NCBI GenBank assembly: GCA_041658765.1
Contig: JBAZZO010000012.1
Coordinates: 5,387-69,386, forward strand
From: Coriobacteriia bacterium
Lineage (GTDB): Bacteria > Actinomycetota > Coriobacteriia > Anaerosomatales > JBAZZO01
DNA: 64,000 nt
Reading direction: 5' to 3'
Below the pieces are notes generated by a model. It had not been told where the DNA came from. It was given only the letters and a program-made list of their open reading frames with translations, and searched no databases. The first letter of the stretch is position 1. Each line of letters begins with the position of its first letter. Of the stretch, positions 18,973 through 27,639 are shown in pieces. A program made the position numbers and the translations under genes.

Positions 18973-19374
18973 ACCATACACCTCCTTGGATGCGTTCCTG
19001 CTGACAGTACGTTCGGGACCGCGACGGCGGTCCGGTTCGGCGGTACCGCTATCGGCATCCTCCTCTCAGGCGGAAAGACCCGGGGATCGTCCTGGACGGG
19101 ATCTCAGGCCGCGCGCCACCCGGGAGGGTCGCGCCGGCCGATGCCGGAAGGTGGACGCGGGCAGAGGCGCCCGAGGGGGAAGCCCAGGTGGGTCGGGAGC
19201 AGGAGCGGGAGTCTCGACTTGGACGCGCCGGAAAGGCAGTCGACGTGGCGGTGAGCCCCGACTCCGGGCGAACGCACGTGAGTGCGTGACTGTCCATAGC
19301 CCCCTCAGACCACACAGCTTTCACCGGACAGCAGGCAGCCAGCTGCGACGGCAGGCCGGCACCCACCGACAACT

Positions 19375-19403
19375 ATCTTACGAGTCGCCGACAGGCATGC
19401 CAA
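19375..19403 (-). promoter_or_regulatory. putative sigma-70-type promoter for the hydrogenase operon (TTGGCA-17 nt-TAAGAT)
   Basis: On the minus strand, the -35 element is at 19403..19398 and the -10 element at 19380..19375. This implies a leader of about 395 nt. Confidence 0.45.
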
Positions 19404-19432
19404 CACATTCTTCCCCCATAGGGAGCCGGTTT

Positions 19433-20128
19433 TCACGCACCGAGGAACGGGAGTGCGTCCGAGAGTCCGTCGAGGTCCCCGTGCATGTCGGCCTCGACGA
19501 GGTCGCCACCGACGTACCAGGTGCTCATGCCCGTCGCGGATGCCGGCAGATCGAGGGACGCGTCGTCGCCGACCATGAGGCACTCCTCCGGAGAGGTCCC
19601 GAGCATCGACGCCGTCTGGAGGAAGTACTCCGGGCGCGGCTTGCACGCGCGCATGACCTCGTACGTCGTGATCGCGTCGAAGGGCAGGTCCGCGAGTCCC
19701 GCCCAGGCGAGACGGTGCTCCACGGCTATCCGAGGGAAGATCGGGTTGGTCGCGACCGCCACACGCAGGCCCAGCCCGAGGGCCGTCTCCACGACCCTCC
19801 GCGCTCCCGGGGCGGGTCCGGCGTCCCCCCGAAGACCGGGGAACGTCTCCCGGTAGAAGTCCTCGAAGACACCCCAGTGCACGCCGAGGTCGACGCCGGT
19901 GCGAAGGAGGAAGTCCGAGAAGAACACCTCGCGGTTCGTCAGGCCGGGGTGATCCGCGAACATGGCCTGCGTCGACCTGGAGATGGCGGCGATGGCGTCC
20001 GCACCGTCTCCGAGACCGGGGACCATGGCGGCGCTGCCGCGCAGAGCGGTGAAGTAGCGCGCTAGGAACCCGTCGAGGTCCAGGTCGAGCAACGTCCCGT
20101 CAAGGTCGAAGAGGATGGCTCGCATCAT
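19433..20128 (-). CDS. HAD superfamily hydrolase
   Basis: Starts MMRAILFDLDGTLLD (DxDG motif I) and contains MVGDDASLD (motif IV). The 410-aa track ORF has an unsupported Arg-rich N-terminal extension. Confidence 0.8.
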   Translation of the reverse strand: MMRAILFDLDGTLLDLDLDGFLARYFTALRGSAAMVPGLGDGADAIAAISRSTQAMFADHPGLTNREVFFSDFLLRTGVDLGVHWGVFEDFYRETFPGLRGDAGPAPGARRVVETALGLGLRVAVATNPIFPRIAVEHRLAWAGLADLPFDAITTYEVMRACKPRPEYFLQTASMLGTSPEECLMVGDDASLDLPASATGMSTWYVGGDLVEADMHGDLDGLSDALPFLGA

Positions 20129-20179
20129 GGGTGGAAGGATGCGGTAAAGTGTGCTCGATGTCACGCCGATAGGGGACAC

Positions 20180-20893
20180 ATGGAACCTGTCGATCAAGAG
20201 ACACGGGTGGATGTCGGCGTAGTCGTCGCCAAACTTCGGACGCTGCCGCTCTTCGCCGAGCTCTCTCCTGCCGATCTGGCGGCTCTCGCCGGGCTCGTGA
20301 CGTACCATCGCCTCCCCAAGGGGGCGATCATCGTGGCGCAGCACGAGCGAGGGTCTTCGATGTATCTCCTCGTCTCCGGACGGGTGAAGGTCTCGCTCGC
20401 GGCGCCCGACAACAGGGAGCTCGCTCTGAGCTTCCTCGACGCTCCCGCGCACTTCGGTGAGATGAGCCTGGTCGACTCGGAGCCGAGGTCGGCCGACGTC
20501 ACGGCGATGACCAACGTCGAAGTGCTCCAGATCGACGGGAAGGACCTCTCCGCGGCGATACAGCTGCAGCCCAGATTGGCGCTCTCGCTGATCGCGACGC
20601 TCTCGCGCCGGCTGAGGCAGACCATCTCGCGCCTGGAGGACCTGGTCTTCCACGACGCGACGCATCGCGTGATGCGCGTGCTGCTGAACGTGGCCACCGC
20701 TTCGTACGAGACCTGCGGCGTGCCGGTGATCGGCGGGATGACGCAGTACCAGATCGCTACGCTCGCGGGCACGTCTCGCGAGACGGTCAGCCGGGCGGTG
20801 TCCGCGCTCGGCAAGGAGGGCGTCCTCGCCACGAAGGGCCGTCGGATCGTCGTCGACATCGTCCGGCTGCGCGAGCGTCTCGAGACCGACTGA
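20180..20893 (+). CDS. Crp/Fnr family transcriptional regulator
   Basis: cNMP-binding beta-barrel (HFGEMSLVDSEPRSADV) plus a C-terminal HTH (QYQIATLAGTSRETVSRAVSALGKEG). Confidence 0.88.
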   Translation: MEPVDQETRVDVGVVVAKLRTLPLFAELSPADLAALAGLVTYHRLPKGAIIVAQHERGSSMYLLVSGRVKVSLAAPDNRELALSFLDAPAHFGEMSLVDSEPRSADVTAMTNVEVLQIDGKDLSAAIQLQPRLALSLIATLSRRLRQTISRLEDLVFHDATHRVMRVLLNVATASYETCGVPVIGGMTQYQIATLAGTSRETVSRAVSALGKEGVLATKGRRIVVDIVRLRERLETD

Positions 20894-20992
20894 TCGTTCG
20901 GGACGCGTCGGGTCCTCCTCCCGCGGGGGATAGACCCCCTATGGGTCCGCGCTGGCGACGGCGGACGTCCGAAGGATCACGGGAGGCCCCAC

Positions 20993-21220
20993 ATGAAGGA
21001 GTTCACTGCCGAGGAGCTGGCGGGTTTCGACGGCAAGGACGGTCGTCCGGTCTACGTCGCGTACAAGGGTGTCGTCTACGACCTCTCCGACAGCACGATG
21101 TGGCTCGAAGGCGAACATGGCGACACGCACTTCGCGGGCGTCGACCTCACGGTCGAGCACGAGGACGCTCCGCACGACGCCCTGGTGACCGACTTCCCCG
21201 AGGTCGGGAAGCTCGTCTAG
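20993..21220 (+). CDS. cytochrome b5-like heme/steroid-binding domain protein
   Basis: 75 aa. MKEFTAEELAGFDGKDGRPVYVAYKGVVYDLSDSTMW is typical of small b5-like proteins. Confidence 0.7.
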   Translation: MKEFTAEELAGFDGKDGRPVYVAYKGVVYDLSDSTMWLEGEHGDTHFAGVDLTVEHEDAPHDALVTDFPEVGKLV

Positions 21221-22563
21221 GCCCGTTCGAGCAAGGCGACCGTCTCGACGTGATACGTCTGCGGGAAGAGGTCGACCGGAACGGCAGACGCCAGCCGGTA
21301 GCCCGACTCCGCGAGCCGCGCGACATCGCGTGCTAGCGTGGTCGGGTCGCACGAGACGTAGACGATCCGCCCCGGCCGTGCCGCGACGAGCGCGCGCAGC
21401 GCGTCCGGGCGCATGCCCGCGCGAGGCGGGTCGACGACCGCGGCGTCGAAGACACCCAGTTCGGACAGGGCGCGGGCGGCGTCGCCCGGAGCGACCTGGG
21501 CCTTCAGGTCGTTCTCTTGCAGGTTGCGCCGCAGGTCGCGCACCGCGCTGCCGCCTGACTCCACGGCCACGACGGAGCCCGCCGCGGCCGCCAGCGGGAG
21601 AGTGAACGTCCCGACTCCCGCGTAGAGGTCGAGGACCCGGTCCGAGCCGTCCGCAGCGAGGCGCTCGAGCACGATCGCGACGAGCCGCTCGGCGGCCATC
21701 GTGTTGACCTGGAAGAACGAAGGCGCGGAGACGAGGTACGGACGCCCGGCGAGCCTCTCGCGCCATGCCCCGGGTCCGGCGAGGACCTCCACTCGCGAGA
21801 CCGCGCGAGCGGACGTCGGGCCCTTCGTCAGGACGTGCGTGACGGTCGTCGCTCCGACCGCGGTGGCGATGGTGCCCGCCGCGGCGTGTCTGGGGAAGGG
21901 CCCCGGCGGGCCCCAGAGGTCGACGGCGACGTCGGGGGAGTGACGCGCGACGCGCAGGGAGACCCTCTCGATGCCGAGGCCGTGACGGCCCGCGAGGTAC
22001 CTGAGCGCACCGCGCAGCGCACGCGGGGCGCCCTCCCGGTTCTTCGGAAGCAGGAGGCATGCGTCGACGGGGACGAACCCGTCGCCCTGGCGAGGAGCGA
22101 ACCCCAGGGAGAGGCGGCCGTCCTCGGCGGCGCCGACGGTGAGTTCGACGCGGTTCCGGTAGCCGAGGGCGGGTCCGGCGTCGACGACGTCCTCCACGAC
22201 CTCGCCCGTGACATGCCCGATCCGGGTGAGCGCCTCGGCGACGGCTCTCGTCTTCGCCGCGAGTTGCACGGCTGCTGAGACGTGCTGCCACTGACAGCCG
22301 CCGCACGTCCCGAAGTACGGGCAAGGTGGGACGACCCGCTCGGGCGAGGCCTGCACGATCTCGAGGACTTCTCCGATCACGTACCGGCCTCGGTCGGAGA
22401 CGACCTTGGCCGTGACCACATCTCCGGGGCAAGCCCCGCTGAGGAAGACCGCACGACCATCGGCGGCGTGGGCGACCGCGTCACCGCCGTACGCGAGGCT
22501 CTCGACGGTAAGACGCATCGGATCGTCCATCGGGTCCTTCCGGTTGCCGACCGTGCCGGTCAC
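21217..22563 (-). CDS. 23S rRNA (uracil-5-)-methyltransferase, RumA/RlmD family
   Basis: TRAM domain, 4Fe-4S cysteines (CPYFGTCGGCQWQH), SAM-binding motif VLDLYAGVGTF, and catalytic VSCDP. An alternative start is M16 at 22518. Confidence 0.85.
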   Translation of the reverse strand: MTGTVGNRKDPMDDPMRLTVESLAYGGDAVAHAADGRAVFLSGACPGDVVTAKVVSDRGRYVIGEVLEIVQASPERVVPPCPYFGTCGGCQWQHVSAAVQLAAKTRAVAEALTRIGHVTGEVVEDVVDAGPALGYRNRVELTVGAAEDGRLSLGFAPRQGDGFVPVDACLLLPKNREGAPRALRGALRYLAGRHGLGIERVSLRVARHSPDVAVDLWGPPGPFPRHAAAGTIATAVGATTVTHVLTKGPTSARAVSRVEVLAGPGAWRERLAGRPYLVSAPSFFQVNTMAAERLVAIVLERLAADGSDRVLDLYAGVGTFTLPLAAAAGSVVAVESGGSAVRDLRRNLQENDLKAQVAPGDAARALSELGVFDAAVVDPPRAGMRPDALRALVAARPGRIVYVSCDPTTLARDVARLAESGYRLASAVPVDLFPQTYHVETVALLERA

Positions 22564-22639
22564 GGTCCATCATACGGTATCGGGCGCGCCGCGCCCCGTG
22601 CGGGGGCCGCAGGCCCCGAACGAGGAGGTTGGGCGTCCC

Positions 22640-24214
22640 GTGGGGGAGAGCAGGATACTGATCGTCCACGACGACATGGGCCTCGTCGAGACTCTGAAGA
22701 ACGCGATCGAGCAGGCCTTGCCGGGTTCGGAGGTCGCGTCCGCGATCTCCGCTCCACGCGCTCTCGGTCTGTGCATGAGCACCCCTCCGGACCTCGTGAT
22801 AGTCGATGGGGACCTGACGGGGATGGACGGATACACGTTCACGAAGCAACTCCTGGAGGAAGAGGGCTGCTCCGGCGTCAAGGTCATCATCCTGGCCGAG
22901 AGCCCCACCGAGGCCTCGGCGCTCAAGGCGCGGCAGTCTGGAGCCGCGGCGCATCTCTCGCAGGCGGCGGACACGACGACGGTCGTCGAGAAGGTCGCGT
23001 CGCTCCTCTCGGTCGCCGCGGAGACCCCGCAAGCGCCCGTCGAGACTCCGCTTCCCGAGCCCGTCGGCGGCTACGGCGTGGCAGGGCCGCCCAGCGGAGT
23101 GCCGGTCGGGGCGGTCCAGGTGGGCAGCGCCGTGCCCGGAGGCGACGCCCCGGTCGTCGACGACCTCCTCCGCGAGATGGTCGACCGCGGCGGCTCGGAC
23201 CTGCACATCGCGGTCGGTAGCGCTCCGGGCTTCCGCATCCGCGGCGAGCTCATACCGGTCGACGGGGCGAAGACGCTCACGCCGCGCGACACGCAGGACA
23301 TGATCCTCAACCTGCTCTCCGAGGAGCAGCGACGTCGCTTCGAGACGGAGCTCGAGCTCGATTTCGCCTACAGCATCCCCGGACTCTCGCGATTCCGCGC
23401 CAACGTCTACCAGCAGAGGGACACCATGGCGGCCGTCTTCCGCGTGGTCCCCATCGCCGTCCCGACGCTCGAGGAGCTGGGGCTGCCGAAGGTCTGCAAG
23501 TTCCTCGCGGACAGGCCGCGAGGCCTGGTCCTCGTGACCGGTCCGACGGGCGCCGGCAAGTCGACGACGCTGGCGGCGATGATCGACCACATCAACGCGA
23601 CGCGTCCGCTGCACATCGTCACCCTCGAGGACCCGATCGAGTTCATGCACAAGAACCAGAAGGCGTACGTCTCGCAACGCGAGATCGGCGAGGACACGCA
23701 TTCGTTCGCGGGCGCGCTCAGGCGGGTGCTGCGACAGGACCCCGACGTCATCCTCGTCGGAGAGATGCGCGACCTCGAGACGATCTCCGCGGCCATCACG
23801 GCGGCGGAGACGGGCCACCTCGTGCTGGCGACCCTGCACACGACCGGCGGTCCCGCGACCGTCGACCGCATCATCGACGTCTTCCCTCCACACCAGCAGA
23901 TGCAGGTGCGCATGCAGCTCGCCGGCACCTTGGAGGGCGTCCTGTCGCAGGTGCTGTTGCGCAGCACGGACGGTCGCTCCCGCGTTCTGGCGATGGAGAT
24001 CATGCTCGGCGTGCCGGCGATCAGCAACCTCATCCGCGAGGGGAAGACGCACCAGATGCCGACGATCATCCAGGGCGGCGCCGCGCTGGGCATGCAGACG
24101 CTCGACCAGCACCTGAAGACCCTGCTGCAGGCGGGCAAAGTCACGTACGAGGAGGCCATAAGCAAGGCTCAGAACCCGCGGGAACTCGCGGCCATGGTCG
24201 GCCGGAAGATATAG
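22640..24214 (+). CDS. pilT: receiver-domain-fused type IV pilus retraction ATPase (REC-PilT)
   Basis: GTG at 22640 after GAGGAGG. N-terminal CheY-like fold (ILIVHDD, DLVIVDGDLTGMDG), then a Pro-rich linker, then a PilT core (GPTGAGKST, DVILVGEMRD, TGHLVLATLHT). Confidence 0.85.
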   Translation: MGESRILIVHDDMGLVETLKNAIEQALPGSEVASAISAPRALGLCMSTPPDLVIVDGDLTGMDGYTFTKQLLEEEGCSGVKVIILAESPTEASALKARQSGAAAHLSQAADTTTVVEKVASLLSVAAETPQAPVETPLPEPVGGYGVAGPPSGVPVGAVQVGSAVPGGDAPVVDDLLREMVDRGGSDLHIAVGSAPGFRIRGELIPVDGAKTLTPRDTQDMILNLLSEEQRRRFETELELDFAYSIPGLSRFRANVYQQRDTMAAVFRVVPIAVPTLEELGLPKVCKFLADRPRGLVLVTGPTGAGKSTTLAAMIDHINATRPLHIVTLEDPIEFMHKNQKAYVSQREIGEDTHSFAGALRRVLRQDPDVILVGEMRDLETISAAITAAETGHLVLATLHTTGGPATVDRIIDVFPPHQQMQVRMQLAGTLEGVLSQVLLRSTDGRSRVLAMEIMLGVPAISNLIREGKTHQMPTIIQGGAALGMQTLDQHLKTLLQAGKVTYEEAISKAQNPRELAAMVGRKI

Positions 24215-24228
24215 GGTACATAGCCGGC

Positions 24229-24651
24229 GTGGACACCGTCATCGTCAGATGGAACGGCGGAAGGCGCTTCGTCGGCTGGGACGAGGCCGGCCACGGCGTC
24301 GTCATGGACTCGCCGAAGGAATACCACGGCGACGGTTCGGGCGCGCGTCCCCTCGAACTCGCCCTCTACGCCCTCGGCGGATGCACGGGCATCGACGTCA
24401 TCTCGATCCTGGCCAAGCAGCGCCAGGACGTGCGCGACTTCGAGGTGCGTGTCACCGCCGGCCAGCGCGAGGAGCAGCCGCGCATCTATACCGAGGTAGC
24501 GGTCGAGTACGTCGTGACGGGACACGACGTCAATCCCGCGTTCCTCGAGCGCGCGGTCGCGCTCTCCGAGGAGAAGTACTGCTCGGTTCGGGGGATGTTC
24601 GGACCGCAGGTCCGGATCACGTCCTCCTGGCGCGTCGTCGAAGCCGAGTAG
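24229..24651 (+). CDS. OsmC family peroxiredoxin-like protein
   Basis: 140 aa with two conserved Cys residues (LGGCTGID and EKYCSVRG). Confidence 0.8.
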   Translation: MDTVIVRWNGGRRFVGWDEAGHGVVMDSPKEYHGDGSGARPLELALYALGGCTGIDVISILAKQRQDVRDFEVRVTAGQREEQPRIYTEVAVEYVVTGHDVNPAFLERAVALSEEKYCSVRGMFGPQVRITSSWRVVEAE

Positions 24652-24671
24652 GGCAGGGGCAGCGGCGCGCG

Positions 24672-25373
24672 GTGTCCGATGCCGTCATCATGCCCGTCCA
24701 TGACGAGGCGCCCACGGTGTGCGAGGTCCTCGATGCCGTGCGGGAGGAGTTCGCGGGGCTGGTCATCGTCGTCGACGACGGCTCCACAGATGGTAGCGCG
24801 GAGATCCTTGCGCACCGCCATGACATCGTCCTCGTGACGCACCCGGGCAACCTCGGCTACGGGCGCTCGCTCATCGACGGGTTCGCGCTCGCGCGCTCGG
24901 CGGGGGCCCGCCGCGTGCTGACGATGGACTGCGACGGACAGCACGAGCCCGCCCACATCGCGGCGTTCCTCGCGGCGATCGATTCGGGTGCGGACATCGT
25001 GTCGGGCAGCCGCTACCTGCCCGAGAGCGTCGCGATCGGGGAGACCCCCGGCCAGCGCCGCGAGGTCAACGAGCGGGTCGCGACCGAGGTGAACGCCGTC
25101 ACGGGCTGGGGCATCACCGACGCGTTCTGCGGCTTCAAGGCGTACCGCGCCGGGATGCTGGACTGTCTCGACCTGTCCGAGCCAGGGTATGCCATGCCCA
25201 TGGAGCTGTGGGCGAAGGCGTGGAGGTGCTCCGCTAGAGTGCGGGAACTGCCGGTGGAGCGGATCTACTCCGATGCGGACCGCTCGTTCGGTGAGGACCT
25301 GGACGATCCGGAGAGGCGATTCGCCTACTACTTGCGCGTTTGGCGCGATGCCCTTGGGAAGGACGAAGGATGA
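24672..25373 (+). CDS. family 2 glycosyltransferase (DPM1-like)
   Basis: GTG start. AVIMPVHDEAPTV, VVDDGSTDGS and DCDGQHEP motifs of GT-A fold GT2 enzymes. Confidence 0.8.
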   Translation: MSDAVIMPVHDEAPTVCEVLDAVREEFAGLVIVVDDGSTDGSAEILAHRHDIVLVTHPGNLGYGRSLIDGFALARSAGARRVLTMDCDGQHEPAHIAAFLAAIDSGADIVSGSRYLPESVAIGETPGQRREVNERVATEVNAVTGWGITDAFCGFKAYRAGMLDCLDLSEPGYAMPMELWAKAWRCSARVRELPVERIYSDADRSFGEDLDDPERRFAYYLRVWRDALGKDEG

Positions 25374-26050
25374 TCGACGCGCTGTGCGTCGGGGCTCACC
25401 CCGACGACGTCGAGATAGGGATGGGCGGCACGGTAGCGGGCATGGTACGCCGCGGACTGGAGGTCGCGATCGTCGACCTCACGGACGGCGAGCCCACACC
25501 CGCGGGCTCTTCCGAGACGCGCGCGAAGGAGTCCGCCGCGGCGGCGGCCGTCCTCGGCGCACGCCGCCGCACCCTCGACCTCCCGAACCGCTCGCTCTTC
25601 GACGGAGTGGCGGAGCGCACGGCGCTGGCCGAGGTCATACGCGAGTTGAAGCCCCGGCTGCTCTTCCTGCCGTATCCCGAAGACGCGCATCCCGACCATG
25701 TCGCCGCCGCGGCGATAGGGGAGGCTGCCCGCTTCTGGGCGAAGTTCGTGAAGACGGAGATGTCCGGGGAGCCTCACTATCCGGAGAAGGTCTACCACTA
25801 CTACGCCGTCCACCTGCGGCTGCTCAAGAAGCCGGCGTTCGTCGTGGATATCTCGCCCGACCTCGCGGCGAAGATGGATGCCCTGCGATGCTACGCGTCG
25901 CAGTTCTCCGCCAATCCCCGCAACGCCGAGGTGCTGCCGACGATGGAGATGATGGCCCGCTCGTGGGGCGCTCTCATCGGCACAGCCGCCGGTGAGCCGT
26001 TCTTCTGTCGCGAAGAGATCGGCGTAGCCCGCGTCGAGGACCTGGTCTAG
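25370..26050 (+). CDS. PIG-L/LmbE family N-acetylglucosaminyl deacetylase (BshB/MshB-like)
   Basis: ATG at 25370 overlaps the GT2 stop (ATGA). Contains VGAHPDDVEIGMGGT, VDLTDGE and HPDH motifs. Confidence 0.8.
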   Translation: MIDALCVGAHPDDVEIGMGGTVAGMVRRGLEVAIVDLTDGEPTPAGSSETRAKESAAAAAVLGARRRTLDLPNRSLFDGVAERTALAEVIRELKPRLLFLPYPEDAHPDHVAAAAIGEAARFWAKFVKTEMSGEPHYPEKVYHYYAVHLRLLKKPAFVVDISPDLAAKMDALRCYASQFSANPRNAEVLPTMEMMARSWGALIGTAAGEPFFCREEIGVARVEDLV

Positions 26051-26059
26051 GCACGCGCG

Positions 26060-27631
26060 ATGGTCCACGCCAAGGGCACCACCCCGCAAGGTCACGGCGA
26101 GCTGCTCACCGTGCCGCCGTACGTCGAGTGGGCCGCGCTCGCCCGTGCGAACGCGCGTGTCGCGGCAGCGCTCGACGTGCGGATCGCGGGCGTTCCGGCG
26201 CGCGAGCTGCGCGCGGAAGCTCGCGAGACCGCGCTCGCGGCGGCCGCTGAGTTCTCGCGGTACCTAGGCGTCGAGGTGACGAGCGGCGCGGGGGCCGGCG
26301 CGCCGCTCGTGATGACCGGCCACCAGCCGCAGCTCTACCACCCCGGTGTCTGGGCGAAGGTCTTCCTGTTGCAGCGTCTCGCACAAGAGATCGGGGGCAC
26401 GGGCATCGACCTTGTCGTCGACTCGGACGGTTTCGACGCGGTCGAGCTGACCGCTCCGTGTCTTCGCCCGGAGATCGAGCGATGCCGCCAGTACCTCGCG
26501 ATCGGCGGCACGGATGCCTGCTACGCATGCTCTCCGGTGCCCTCGCTGGCGGACATCGAGACCTTCCGCGTGGCTGGGGAGCAGATGCTCTCGACCCTGC
26601 CCGCCCCGGCCCTGCCGAGGCATTTCGGCGCTTTCTGCGACGCGCTGGCATCGGCGAACACAGATGCGCGCAATCTCGCGGAACTCGTCACCTTCGCGCG
26701 CAGACGTTACGAAGCGAGCGCCGGGACGACGTACCTGGAGCTTCCCGTGACCGAGGAGGCCGTCACGGCACCGTTCCGGCGCTTCGCCGTGTCGCTGCTC
26801 GGGGAGGCCGAGCGGTTCGCACTGGCGTACAACGAAGCGCTCGCGGCGTACCGCGCGGCGAATCGCGTGCGCTCGGTCGTGCAGCCGTTCCCGGACCTGA
26901 CGTTCGACGGCGATCTCGTGGAGACGCCTTTCTGGCTGGTGGGTGAGCGTGGGCGCACGGCCGTGTGGGCGCGTCAGGGCGACGTGACGGAACTGCTCGC
27001 CGGCGGCGAGGTCGTTTGCCGGCTGCCCGCCGACCCCGATGCGGCCGTCACCGCTCTCGAGGAGTCGGGTGTCCTGCTCGCGCCGAAGGCCGTCGTACTC
27101 ACCGCATATCAGCGACTGCTCGTCGCGGATCTGTTCATCCACGGTGTAGGCGGAGGGCGCTACGACCGCGTGACCGACGACGTGGTCCGCCGCTTCTTCG
27201 GTGTGGACCTTCCGCCCTTCGTGGTGGCGTCGCTGACCGTCCAGCTCCCGCTGGGTGCGAGCGTGGTCGGCGACCGCGAGGTGGAGGAGGCCGAGAGGCG
27301 CGTGCAGACGGCGGAGCACAACCCCGACCGTCTGCTCGACGAGGTGGAGTTCGACGACGAGGCCGAGCGTGAGCGGGCCGAAGCGCTCGCTGAGGAGAAG
27401 GCGCGGCTCGTCGCCGCGATCGAACAGCCGGGAGCGGACCGCAAGGCGCTGGGCGCGGCGATCCGAGACGCGAACGCCGGGCTCGCGGACGTGCTCGCGC
27501 CGCTGGTGGCGGAGGCGCGCTCGCGCGCCGAGGACCTGCGCGCGCGCCGCGACGCGGCGGACATCCTCACCGACCGCACCTACCCGTTCTGCCTCTGGAG
27601 CCCACAGGAGATCCAGGACAAGGTGGGGTAA
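26060..27631 (+). CDS. BshC-like protein (putative cysteine-adding enzyme family), divergent
   Basis: The by-eye layout matches B. subtilis BshC: VMTGHQPQLYHPGVWAK vs VVGGQQAGLLTGPLYTIHK, IHGVGGGRYD vs IAGPGEINYW, and LPPFVVASLTV vs MPPVMPRLNIT. There is also a C-terminal coiled-coil-like segment. Confidence 0.5.
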   Translation: MVHAKGTTPQGHGELLTVPPYVEWAALARANARVAAALDVRIAGVPARELRAEARETALAAAAEFSRYLGVEVTSGAGAGAPLVMTGHQPQLYHPGVWAKVFLLQRLAQEIGGTGIDLVVDSDGFDAVELTAPCLRPEIERCRQYLAIGGTDACYACSPVPSLADIETFRVAGEQMLSTLPAPALPRHFGAFCDALASANTDARNLAELVTFARRRYEASAGTTYLELPVTEEAVTAPFRRFAVSLLGEAERFALAYNEALAAYRAANRVRSVVQPFPDLTFDGDLVETPFWLVGERGRTAVWARQGDVTELLAGGEVVCRLPADPDAAVTALEESGVLLAPKAVVLTAYQRLLVADLFIHGVGGGRYDRVTDDVVRRFFGVDLPPFVVASLTVQLPLGASVVGDREVEEAERRVQTAEHNPDRLLDEVEFDDEAERERAEALAEEKARLVAAIEQPGADRKALGAAIRDANAGLADVLAPLVAEARSRAEDLRARRDAADILTDRTYPFCLWSPQEIQDKVG

Positions 27632-27639
27632 CGCCGAGT

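Noticed and set aside
18918-19058. Upstream ORF (46 aa) in the hydrogenase leader, beginning GAGAGGAGG-ATG on the minus strand
   Set aside because: The Shine-Dalgarno-like sequence abuts the ATG with no spacer. The frame runs out of phase into the small-subunit gene, and the peptide is Arg/Pro-rich with no recognisable features.
18982-19432. Possible RNase P RNA, tmRNA, SRP RNA or cobalamin riboswitch in the hydrogenase upstream gap
   Set aside because: Only short partial resemblances were found: GGCGGAAAGACCCGG vs the RNase P GAGGAAAGUCCGG; GACTGTCCA; CCGGAAGG vs the SRP motif; GGGGATCGTCCTGGACGGGAT vs the tmRNA 5' end; GGGAAGCCCAGGTGGG vs the cobalamin core. In each case the universally conserved cores are mismatched or the partner elements are absent. 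In GC-rich sequence such matches are expected by chance. The region is kept only as an unassigned long leader.
20129-20665. 179-codon N-terminal extension of the HAD hydrolase ORF (410-aa version)
   Set aside because: The extension is Arg/Asp/Glu-rich and overlaps the divergent Crp/Fnr gene. The HAD motif I DxDG lies 6 residues after the internal MM start, as is usual for this family.
22406-22639. 78-codon N-terminal extension of the PilT ORF
   Set aside because: It overlaps the 5' end of the divergent RumA-like gene. A GAGGAGG RBS precedes the GTG at 22640, where the receiver-domain fold begins.
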